From Nageia nagi (Eukaryota; Plantae; Pinophyta): a stretch of DNA of 64,000 nucleotides. Where the stretch lies: contig JBITNC010000002.1 in assembly GCA_050084985.1 (NCBI GenBank), positions 24,242,001 through 24,306,000 of the forward strand, given 5' to 3'. A program made the position numbers and the translations under genes. Below, one piece after another: positions 53,911 to 64,000 of the stretch. Below the pieces are notes generated by a model that did not search any database, was not told the origin of the DNA, and was given only the letters and a program-made list of their open reading frames with translations. Each line of letters begins with the position of its first letter. Within the stretch, counting starts at the first letter, position 1.

Positions 53911-55475
53911 ATTATTTAAATTTAAAATCAAATTTACACATATGAGCTACATAATGAAAATTCAAAGTAGAAATTATTGAATACACACCATGGATGGATC
54001 ATGTAGAATGTCAGATTGTAAACTAGCATTGAGAGATATCATATGGCCTCCCTATATGTTGAACGTAGGTGCCACATGACATTGATAACCTAAATATGTA
54101 GATGTTCTATATGCCTTATGATCATCCCAACTAGAAAATATCATATGATCTTGAATGATCGGATGGAGTGGGTCATCCAAGACATATCAAATGGAAAGAT
54201 CTATATTTTTGAATTGTAGATATGTACAAGCTATTGGCACCTTGAACTCTAGTATTTCCTCCATCACCTCTAATGTCACTAAATCCAACTACCACATTGG
54301 CATCTTATTCAATGAGGTTCCTCGATAATTGACTCAATGATCCTAATGTTGAAAGCAGGGCTAAATGATGAATATGTGCAAGCACATAAGCTTTAAGAGG
54401 ACTAATGATAGGTTAAGCATGCATGGGTCATTTTGTATCAACTCATTTCCTTAACCTTTGTTTTTAATTACCAAGACCAACACCATGAAATGGTTTAATA
54501 TCAAAATAATTGGGCTTCTACCCAAGAACAAACTCCATCCATAAAAACTTAATAAAATAAAAGGTACATCGCTATTTCCACTATGTGATGGATGATCAAA
54601 TACCATCCACCATCAATCCCAAAAATGCTTGGTGATGAAATTATTTTTTTGTTAGGTGGCATTAGGTCTCCATTTTTAGGATTCCTAAAATATTGGTCTA
54701 AATATGCTTTTGTAATATGATAAGTCTCATCTCCTTTTGGCCCTTTGGGATAGTCCATCACTATAATACCTCCTCCTCTCTTGTCTATGTGACTAGAAAT
54801 CACTGATAATATGATCAATGGATTTAACAATATAAACTATGGTTTGCATTAAAGTTGCAAACCATGAAAGGTGGGGGGAATAACCTTATATTGTAAGATC
54901 TCAAGAACTCTATCTTGTATAGAAGTGATATTCTCAGCAATGTTTTCTCTTAAGTGAGCCTCTTAGGGTACAAGGGTGGGGGGATTTTAGGTTTATCAGG
55001 TGGAAGTGGGGGATTTTGAGGCTCATGGGGTAAAGGTGGGTTATTTTGAGATGGATTCATGGATGTACAAAAGGTCACCTGCATGATTTAACAATTATAA
55101 GAATAAATAAATGCATAAATTTAAATCTAAGTCCTAAAAATTTAGTGAATCTAGATAAAATTAAATTAAAGACAAAAATGAAACTTAAATTAACACTCGA
55201 TCGAGCTAAGGTTCACATATAAAAGAAAATTTTATAATATTTGATAAAATAAAATATTCTTGAAAGTCCATGTAATAGTAAAACAAAGCTTAACACATGA
55301 AACAATAGTAATATTTTAGATCATTTAACAAATCTTTAGATACCAATACCTCCTAGAAATAATTTGTGTCCTAATTAGGAAACTTACATTTTGCATAAAT
55401 AAATATTTAAACCAAGAAAAACAATCATAGGATGATCATGTTGAGAAAAGATAACATGCTATAAGTCTTACCTTA
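53400..55475 (-). pseudogene. Decayed multi-exon gene of unknown function, probably TE-borne
   Basis: Donor AG|GTAAG near 55470, acceptor ATGCAG near 55080, Pro-rich start MNPSQNNPPLPHEPQNPPLPP, globular-looking segment KAYLDQYFRNPKNGDLMPPNKKI...WMEFVLG*KPNYFDIKPFHGVG. Confidence 0.5.
53849..53906. repeat. (AT)n microsatellite
   Basis: About 29 AT units. Confidence 0.98.
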
Positions 55476-58400
55476 ATTTGAGGTTCCATATTTAATCATA
55501 TTATTGAACCAACATGAGTTGAATAAAAACTAATGTTAAGTATTGTTGCAAGTCTATTTTGAAGGATCAAGCTTCAAGGTTGCTTCAAGTTATCTAGTGG
55601 CATGCACCAATTCAAGCTTAAGAGATAAATTACACCTACTTCAAGACTTGAAAACCTATTTGCCTAGAATTTTGAGGAATTTGGTAGTTCATTATATGGT
55701 AATATACCACTAATCAATCCATCCATTAGAGCTATTTGCAAAAGGAACCAAGCAAATTCATTAGATATAAAGTGAAACAATAGGATGATGTAGGAAAATG
55801 AAACCTAGGCCTCATGTTCTCCCATTGAAAATCACATAGGACGAAGCTCAATATTATTATAGGCATATTCTTGACCATGTTGAAACCACCATAAATAAGA
55901 TAGATGGTAGGAGGAATCTAGATAAAGCTACCCACCTCCAAAATGAAAAATAAATTGGATAAGCATCTTAGGGTCAAAAATATTTAAAAAAAATATGAAG
56001 TTAACTCTCAAAATAACTAGTTGCTTCCAAATAACTAACTTTTAAAATTAATTTGATATTCCATTTTTTAGGATAAGAGTCCCCAATTATGAATTTTTCT
56101 AATCAAAATTGAGTAAATTTAATTTAAAAATTTCCCAAATAGCCTTATAAAATTCATAAGAGAATCCATCAATCCTATAAAGTCCTATCACACGCTATAT
56201 GAAGATCATCATACTAGTCACAATTGAGGGTTAAGGGAGTATCATAGGTAACATACTGAGTAGAAAAGAGTTGGTTGTGGATAGCCATAAGGTACTCTTA
56301 AAGGACTTGGTCCCTTTATGAATGCTCATAAGAGGAAAAAACCTATATGTAGTGGTTATAAAATACATGTACAATAGCCAATAATTTAGAAAGCTTACTC
56401 TATTTCTTCATAAATGTATTTGATTCCCATGTTATGGTGTTAAGGTTTGAGATAGAGAAATATATATTTGGAAAACCCATATCTAATTTTAAACTTATGT
56501 AGTATGTATATTATAATGAAATAGTTTCATGGAATTAATCTATGGTACTTTGGATAGAGGTCAATCTTGGTAGGTGATGAGGAAAGAAAATGACTTAATT
56601 TTTATTGATTAAATGTATATATATGTCATGCTTGGAACATTGTTTGTTTTTTTAATTATATTTTAATTTTGTTAAACTAATTAAATATGGAATTAAATAC
56701 ATGTAAATGTAGTTTATATTTTTCTTGTGTTATTAATGAGAATTATTATTTTTTAAGTGCATAAATGTCATAATTTTACACAAAGTAACATCCAACAAAT
56801 CATAAGAAGAAGAACTCTAGAATTTTAAATGAATACCATTAGCTCTAAAAAAATATTATGGGCTCTAGAGTAATCAATACTAGAATAATCCACCATTTTA
56901 TGAATCATGAAGCTTAAATATAGTTGACACCAAAAATGTTCAACATCAGGAACAAAGTGTAGCTCCAAAAATATGTGCATAGATAACAACTCCAAAAAAG
57001 TAATGTTTCACGATGTGTTCCAGAATTCCCTTACCACCTACATAGTGGTTCCTTCATGATGTACTCCAAAATTATAGGATAAGTTGTAACTAGATCCAAA
57101 ATTATAAATTTGCTAAAATCAAGGCATTATGAAGAAGTGGAAAAAGAATAAAATCAATCAAGAAGATGAATTTCACTTCCATAAATTTAGATTGTGTCTA
57201 AAAAACTTTCCACTTGGTCATTTGAATTATTCTTCTTTTCCATGTGTCTCTAGAATATGAGTTAAATTATAAAATAGAAGTTAGAAGAGTTTTATTTCCA
57301 ATAAACTTGTGACAAACATGATGAAAGTAGAAAGTAATTAGGATTTTGAGTTAATGAGGTTGTTAACTTTATAGAATAAATAGAGTCTTTCCAATAAAAA
57401 AAAAAAGAGTTAGTTGATAATTAGTTACTAAATGTGTTGATTAGTAGAAGCATATTTTGGAGAAAAAGCATGTATGATTTGTTTCAAGTAATGAAGTGCT
57501 AGTTTAACTCTTAAAGTTATGAAGTTTCACTCTCGAGCTTCTATTAGGAAGAGGTGGGCCCACTCCTACTAGCAATAGTCTCTTATTTCAATTTAAGTTT
57601 TAGTTTGTTATAAAATGAGAATGTTAATTTTAGAGTACACTGCAAAATATTGTATGGTTTTTACAATGTATTTTTCTTTGTGTTTTAAGAAAATTTGAAT
57701 TTTCATTATGAATGATCACTAAAATAGAGTATCAATTGCATACAGCCTACAAATACTAAACTTGGATTAATAATCATTAAATGATGTGTTCACACCCCAT
57801 CAGTAGGTGAATACAATCCATAATAAGAGGGACTATTGGTTAATATATAATCCAGTATAATAAAATTTGTAGCTATCTTAAACAAGCCAAGGCTTAATGA
57901 ATTTCGATGAGTTCCATATTCTTTTTGTTACAATGTAGCCCTATATGCACATAGGAAATCGATTCTAAATAATTTAAAATCAAGGCCCTTTTTGATGTTA
58001 TTACCATAAGGTGTGCTTAAGCTAATACAATATCATAATATGATTTTTTATGCTTCTTAAAATTCAATAAAATAGAATATCCATTTATAAAGAATATATC
58101 AATTAAGTATTTGAATGATTGTTTCTCATATAATTAAGTTGCATAACAAAATTTCCAAGCTTATTTTAGTTTTCTCAATTTAAGAATTCATGGTTTAAGT
58201 TGTAATCAAAACTACCTTTGTAGGTTGAATGAGATTGTGCCTTTCAACTAGGGTTTTTTATCCCATAATGCTTTATGTGTTATCCATTTACTAGTTTAAC
58301 TATTTCAATAATGTCAAACTAGGGTTTTAGGTGTTCTCCATCTACCAAGCTCATCTTCTATGGAATCTAAATTGCATTTTAACTAAAAGATAAAAATAAT

Positions 58401-59189
58401 TACATGAAAAATAAAATACATAAAATAAAAATCAATTTACCTTAATTCAAATAAAAACATTCATTTTCAAGCCAAAAAAATCTAGAGGAGGGTTACCAAA
58501 GAAAACATCAAAGATAGAATGTTGTATATGGTTATGGCAAAAGAGTGGCAAGGTGGTCTAGAGGTTTGAGGTCTAGGATCCTGAGGGTTTAGCTACATCA
58601 CCTTCACTAATCATATAGATGGCTCAGAGAGGAAATGAAATCATAGGGTTTCTTTACAAGGTTATAGCTTTTAGGGTTGTTATTTTTAGGTCCAAGATCT
58701 TGGTTATAGGTATCTCAACCCCATGTTAAAAAAAACTAAATCCCATGTTGTATGTAAATACCAACTATTAAATTAAGGCCTAAAGAGAAATGATTTTGAT
58801 TACCCAAAATGGATTTTAACACTCTTTATTTTCCAATCGATATGTATCAGATCAATTTCTAATTTTAAACTAGATATAGTAGGCTCGATTATTGAGTAAC
58901 ACTTCCATCATCATCCAAGAACTAATTGGTACACCAATTGGATAACTAGATGACCAGTTGATTGAACACTAATTGGTACATTGATTGAGAAAAAATAAGT
59001 GAAATGTATAAATCCTATCTAAATCAAGCTCGATATTCAATATTAAGAACTTGATCCAAAAGGGAAGAAAGCTATTAGAAGGAATAAGTCTCTAACTAAT
59101 ATCCCATTTTAGGAAAAACTTCTTGCTCAAACTTTGTGTTTGGCATTCAATGTGGTAGAAACAATGGTTTCTCAAAGAGTTACCCAAAT

Positions 59190-60266
59190 TTACCTAGAAT
59201 AGAGCGTTATGGGTCCATTGAATTTAACTAATCTGAAAGTTATTCCATTCAACGCTTTGAAGTCTCTCCCAAAATATGATTATACTAGGAAGATGAATTA
59301 TGAGTATTTTCTTGATGTGATTGCCATTAGTAAAACACATAATAACATAAAAGGAATGTTATGATGAGATTTTTAGCACATTCCTTGAAGGGAAAAATAT
59401 TATACTGGTATAAATGTTTATCAGATATCTCTATCACTACTTGGTAGCAACTAGTTGAACCTTTCATAAAGAAATTTTATGAAATAAGAGATTGTTACTC
59501 TTTTTTCATTCATTTTAGTATGATATGGAGGAATGCACAAGATTCTATCATTGATTTCAATATCCATTTTGGTAAGGCTTGGAGAAGAGTCTTGATCCAA
59601 GTGAATCCCTTGATGTTAGTTGCATACATGTATTTCTTAATAGATTTTGCACTTGGTTTAGCCCTAAAAATTGAGATTTCCAAAAATACAACCTTCCCAA
59701 AACTATACCAAGTGACAGTAGAAGTTGAAGTATCACTTATGATTGTGGAAAAACTATCCAAGTAAAATCACATCCCCTTTCACCCATATGTTATGTTCCC
59801 CAAGGATAACCAAACATTATCGATATCATCTTCTCCTTCTCTGGTTGAGATACCTAAAGTACCTCACCCATTTGTAGGAAAATCTAAAGTGGAAAAACTA
59901 CCAAATCATTTGCTAGCTCCAACCACATGATTAGCTCTTTTGACACCCATTGTACCTCTTTCTTTTCTAGCACCCCCCTCAAATACAAAAGCTAAAGGGA
60001 AAAGTTCCATGTAGATAGAGATCAATAAGCTCAAAGTTATGCTCCAAAGTATGGCTACTCATTTCATTACCTTGAAGAGAAATTGAAGGTTTGATGGAGT
60101 CCATAAGAAATATGATTCCCCTATGCAACAAAGGAACAAATAACTCCACTTATGAATAAGTAAGAGAATTGAGTCCATCTATCACAAGAAGTCCCAAATA
60201 CTCAAAGTTCAAACTAGTGCATAGCTTATAATGATCCTCATTTACAAGAATCACACCCAACATATC
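59190..60266 (+). pseudogene. Gypsy gag (Retrotrans_gag), 5' part
   Basis: LKSLPKYD, MRFLAHSLKG, WYKCLSDISITTW*QL..PFIKKF, SIIDFNIHFGKAW. Confidence 0.8.
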
Positions 60267-60776
60267 ATTACTATAGGAATGTATAATGCATTATTGTAAA
60301 GGTTTGTATCAATCCTTTTTGTAAATTCACTAATACTTAAGGGTATATAATAATACCTTAAGTATTTAAATGAATATGATAATGTAACTTGTCCTACACT
60401 CCATCTCATGAGCATGCCCCTTGGGTAAAAAGGAGTTGCATGTCATGCCTTTATACATTTGGTAAAAGGGTGATCCAAAGATAGATTTTGGCCTATAAAT
60501 AGAAGGCTCCCTCTTTGTGATTACACACCAATTTGTGAAGTAAATTTATGCTATAGGATAGTGTTTAGGAGATGAGAGTAGGATAATTGTAAGAGATTCA
60601 TGTTTGTAAATGAAGTGAGATCTAGTTAATGGATGTACTCCTAGTTGGAGGAACCACTTTACATCTTGAGTTATCTTTATTAAATTGTATTATTTGAGTT
60701 ATTTATATGTGAGATTGAGCTTTTATGAGATATTGGTAGTATATGGTTGTTTATGTTATATTTCAAACACTTCATT

Positions 60777-60788
60777 TGGTATCAGAGC
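60777..60788 (+). other. PBS (tRNA-iMet)
   Basis: TGGTATCAGAGC 2 bp after the LTR end CTTCA. Confidence 0.92.
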
Positions 60789-61681
60789 TCCTTGGAGGCT
60801 CCTCTACACATCCTTGATGTTGAAGCTCTTCTTCTACAACTTGGTGAACTTCATTCATTTTTACACCTCACTCCTTCATTGTTGAGGTAAAAGTAAGAAA
60901 AGTTATACTTACCTTCCTTCTTATTTATTTCATTTTAGATTATTTCATTAATGATACTAACGTACCTTATGACATATGTTAGTTTATTTTGTTACAAACT
61001 ATGGTTGAAATAGTGTTATGATGTATTTTTTTTCTTATACTAACTTCTTGTGTTAAATGCAATTTTCTTTAAATTACTTAACATATTGTTATTTTTCTAA
61101 TAAGGAGGTTAGTATATGAAAATTACAACCTTTTATATAAGCTATTCATTGTTGAATAATAATGGAAACTCAACCTACTTTTATATATAAATTTTTTTTA
61201 TCATATAAAAGTTAGAGTTTCTTTTTCAATAATGAATTATTTTCTATTTTTTAAATATATTATATTATTATGGTTAAATTTTAGTATTAAAAAGGTGGGG
61301 GGGGGGGGGGAGAGAGAAGAAGCCATTATGAGTTCTATTCAAAATCATTTTTCTTTTTGATTAAAACAATTTTAAAAAAAATAAAAAATTACAATGGAAA
61401 TGTTTTGATTGTTTTCTCAAAGTTTTGGGTAGCATTTTCCAAGCCATAGTAAAGGGAGGGGGATGTTGTTCACCTCAATGCTATGCCTAGGGTCTCTTTG
61501 CCTTTTCCTAGCTCTGCCTCCCTACACGCATAGTAAATCAGAGCCCTTTTTTTGTTGGAAACCTAATCCTTAGGGATTAAGGTAATTAGTGATCATTAAT
61601 AGTTTTAGGTGTGTGAGTATGAATGTATTTATATGAGACCAAGTTAATACAATATTTGGCTTTTGGAGTTTCTCCTTCAAG

Positions 61682-61694
61682 TGGTATCAGAGCC
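61682..61694 (+). other. Second PBS (tRNA-iMet)
   Basis: TGGTATCAGAGCC 2 bp after CCTTCA. Confidence 0.9.
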
Positions 61695-62438
61695 TCGTTG
61701 GAGAAGATCTGGAGAACTCCATTGCCCATCCTCCAAGATGAGGGTTTGAAGGTTTTTGTGGGTTCATAGTTTCAGCTATAGTTATGAAGATTTGAATCTG
61801 TTATGGGGATTTGAATCTGTTGAAGAGAGGCAGAGGACTGCCCTAGAGATGTGAATGATGGCCAGAGGAGCCATGAGAGAAGATCATGCAGAGAAAGGGA
61901 TGTTGGAGTGCATCTCCTTGCATGGATCATGAGAAGAGCCTGTGTGGAGAAAGGGGTGTGTCTTGGACTGCACCTCCCCACATGGAGCCTGAGGAAGAGA
62001 AGAGAATGCCTCATAGAGGAGGCATCGCACAGCTGAAAGCTAAGAATGCAGCCCTGGGTAGAGAACGACTTCAGGAGGCCATCGGCTAGGAGGGAGTCGA
62101 ACAGGGTGCAAATTGAGACGGTTGGGCTAGGGAAGGAGTACCTGCAGTAGTCAGGAATGCGCCAGGATGGCACACGATAGTCTGAGGATAGGTCCAAGAA
62201 TGGACAGGAGAGAGAGAGGCAGACCCACAACCCAGGTGTAGTTGAGTGGGTTGAACATGCCCAGACCACGAGATGATTCGAGAAGGGAGAGAGCAGTGGA
62301 TCTGGGGTACAGAAAACCCATGTAAGATTGAGCCATAAGGAGCTCAGTGTGGCACCATGGAGGATCTTGGAAGAGGTAGAGTTTTTGGAATCTGTCTGGA
62401 GAACATTGATGAGGAAGGAGAAGGACAAACACATGCGT

Positions 62439-62510
62439 TTGATGGTGGAGGCTCCTCTTGCTACGGAAGCTATAAAGTTCTACAAATGCGTGTTTGGAGC
62501 TGTAGAGGTA
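62439..62510 (+). pseudogene. Captured fragment of a VOC/glyoxalase-like (At5g48480-type) gene
   Basis: LMVEAPLATEAIKFYKCVFGAVEV resembles the family motif L.VEAPKA.DA..FYK.AFGA.E. Confidence 0.7.
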
Positions 62511-62511
62511 G

Positions 62512-62652
62512 GAGAAAGAGTAGCTGTAGAAGCAAGGGAAAAGGCTGCTATTGAAAAGGGTTGCAGTAAAGGTGAGGCTCAGAGCATAGCACGCTGCTGT
62601 AGAGAGGGCCACTGCAGAGGTTCGTGAATGAGCGACCAAAGCATTAGCTGAG
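62512..62652 (+). pseudogene. Captured fragment of an auxilin-like J-domain protein coiled coil
   Basis: ERVAVEAREKAAIE...AAVERATAEVRE*ATKALAE resembles RAAVERATAEARERA / ERAAKALAEKN. Confidence 0.65.
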
Positions 62653-63018
62653 TCTGGCTCAAAATGGGATGAGAAGCTATCTACCGAAGGGGGCGTAAAA
62701 CTGAGTGAGGGTCTGAGCCAGATGCAAGAGATCCATGCACCCCAGCCTTGCATCAGAGATGGATTGCAGATGGAGACAGCTGGACCTGGGGAAGAGAGAG
62801 TACCTGCAGCAGTCTGGTGAATGGTGGTAGTTTGATGCCAGGTGTGAGAGCTGTCAGGAGTTGACGTGGTAGTTGGGAACCGTCCTGACACTATAACGTT
62901 GTTGGGTTTAGCGTAACTGATGAAGCAGTTAGAAACAGACCTGACAACATAATGCTTGTATGTGTTCCATTTGCTACAACCACGGTGGTGTAGTGGATGT
63001 GAGCTGGAAATACTTTTT

Positions 63019-63130
63019 CAGATGAGTGCCAGATGAATCGGACGAGCGCCAGATGAATCGGACGAGTGCCAGACGAACCGGACGAGCGCCAGACAAATCG
63101 AACGAGCGCCAGATGAACCGGACGTGCGCC
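63019..63130. repeat. CpG-rich 20-bp tandem repeat, ~5.5 copies
   Basis: agatgaatcggacgagcgcc variants. Confidence 0.93.
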
Positions 63131-63234
63131 ATGAGTTATCTTTGTGAAATTATCTTATTTGAATTATTTAGATGTGATATTGAGCATTCATGAGATCTTG
63201 TTAGTATATGTTATATTTCAAAACCTTCAATTAC

Positions 63235-64000
63235 CAATCCCAGATAGTAGAAAATGGAGGTGTCACCTACAAATGCATGAATTATGAGTCCTTGGAACTA
63301 AATGTTATGAATATAAGTCTGACTAATGTTAATATTTTTATTTTTAAAACAAGAAGTTCTATGAAGACATGCAAAGAAGGTACAAAGACATCAATTTCAT
63401 CCTCAAGTTAAGTCTCTCCCAAGGAGAAAAAATAAGCACCTTCAAAGGGTAAATCAACAAAAGCTTCTTAGGAGCTAATCAAATGCAAAACTCAAGAGGC
63501 TCTAAAAAGTAGCAAAACTAACCAATATATGAAAATTAGTAGTTTTTTGATAAAAGAGAAAAGGCTTCTAGAATATTTTGGTTCCTATCATTGACTCAGG
63601 AACATAAAGAGGAAGCATATCAATAATTCCAAAAGAGGTTCTCTAAGAAGGAAACTAGACCTACAACCCTAAGTCCTTATAGTATTATTGAAGAGCTCAA
63701 GCAAACTAATTTTAGTCTCACTATTTGATGCATTATAGAAGCCTGAGGAGATTGAGCTTCTCGAACTAGTGTTATTTATCTCAAATAAGGATGTAGATCT
63801 ATCCAATTATAACCTAGAGGTTATTACTAAGTTTTCAAAAATTGGAAAATCAAACCACTACATTTTTATATATCCCTACAAATAGAAGGCCATGTGGTAC
63901 ATAATTATTTAATCAATTTTGGAGCATTAACCACATTCATACCTAAGAATATTACCCAATGGTATTAATTTCTTTGAGATTAAACTCTTCAACCAATAAG
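63235..64000 (+). pseudogene. Continuation of gypsy gag and start of aspartic protease
   Basis: FYISLQIEGHVVHNYLINFGALTTFIP (decayed LHNCLLDSGAS) at ~63860-63950. Confidence 0.7.

Larger units (their letters stand above)
60272..63229 (+). mobile_element. Small non-autonomous LTR element with a nested second LTR/PBS and captured gene fragments
   Basis: 5' LTR 60272-60774, PBS 60777-60788, 3' LTR remnant 63133-63229 matching 60667-60774; perfect TSD ATTAC (60267-60271, 63230-63234). Confidence 0.85.

Noticed and set aside
55500-58800. Transposase or element termini for the adjacent unknown gene
   Set aside because: No motif or TIR/TSD that I can identify with confidence
61772-62891. Long minus-strand ORFs (220 and 246 aa) as real genes
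   Set aside because: Stop-poor antisense of a GA-rich region; the recognisable motifs are on the + strand
62984-62997. GGTGGTGTAGTGG resembling a tRNA 5' arm / A-box
   Set aside because: Too short; no cloverleaf or B-box follows

Overview
AT-rich, CpG-depleted eukaryotic DNA that looks like plant heterochromatin; the TE families and decay pattern suggest a gymnosperm, which is my inference. I see no intact host gene. The window is a stack of old, nested, C-to-T/G-to-A-decayed transposons. (1) A full-length Ty1/copia element (4757-13597, minus) is split inside its integrase by a 3.3-kb non-autonomous CACTA element (3-bp TTA TSD) packed with PLS-class PPR gene fragments. (2) A second copia is inserted in a chromovirus-type gypsy; its 5' LTR plus the gypsy gag-protease now lie about 16 kb away in inverted orientation, with a matching AACTT TSD. 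(3) An Athila-like gypsy remnant carries a long extra ORF and two related LTRs. (4) A pol-less Ogre/Tat-like LTR element (45363-53206) with a tRNA-Trp PBS carries gag plus an antisense, intron-containing Plant Mobile Domain (PMD) gene bracketed by a 40-bp hairpin repeat. (5) A small LTR element (60272-63229, ATTAC TSD) has a GC-rich core that is a mosaic of short host-gene fragments (VOC/glyoxalase-like, auxilin-like). Boundaries marked by TSD, PBS or PPT are read directly from the sequence; pseudogene limits are approximate. Protein family calls come from motif recognition by eye, not database searches.
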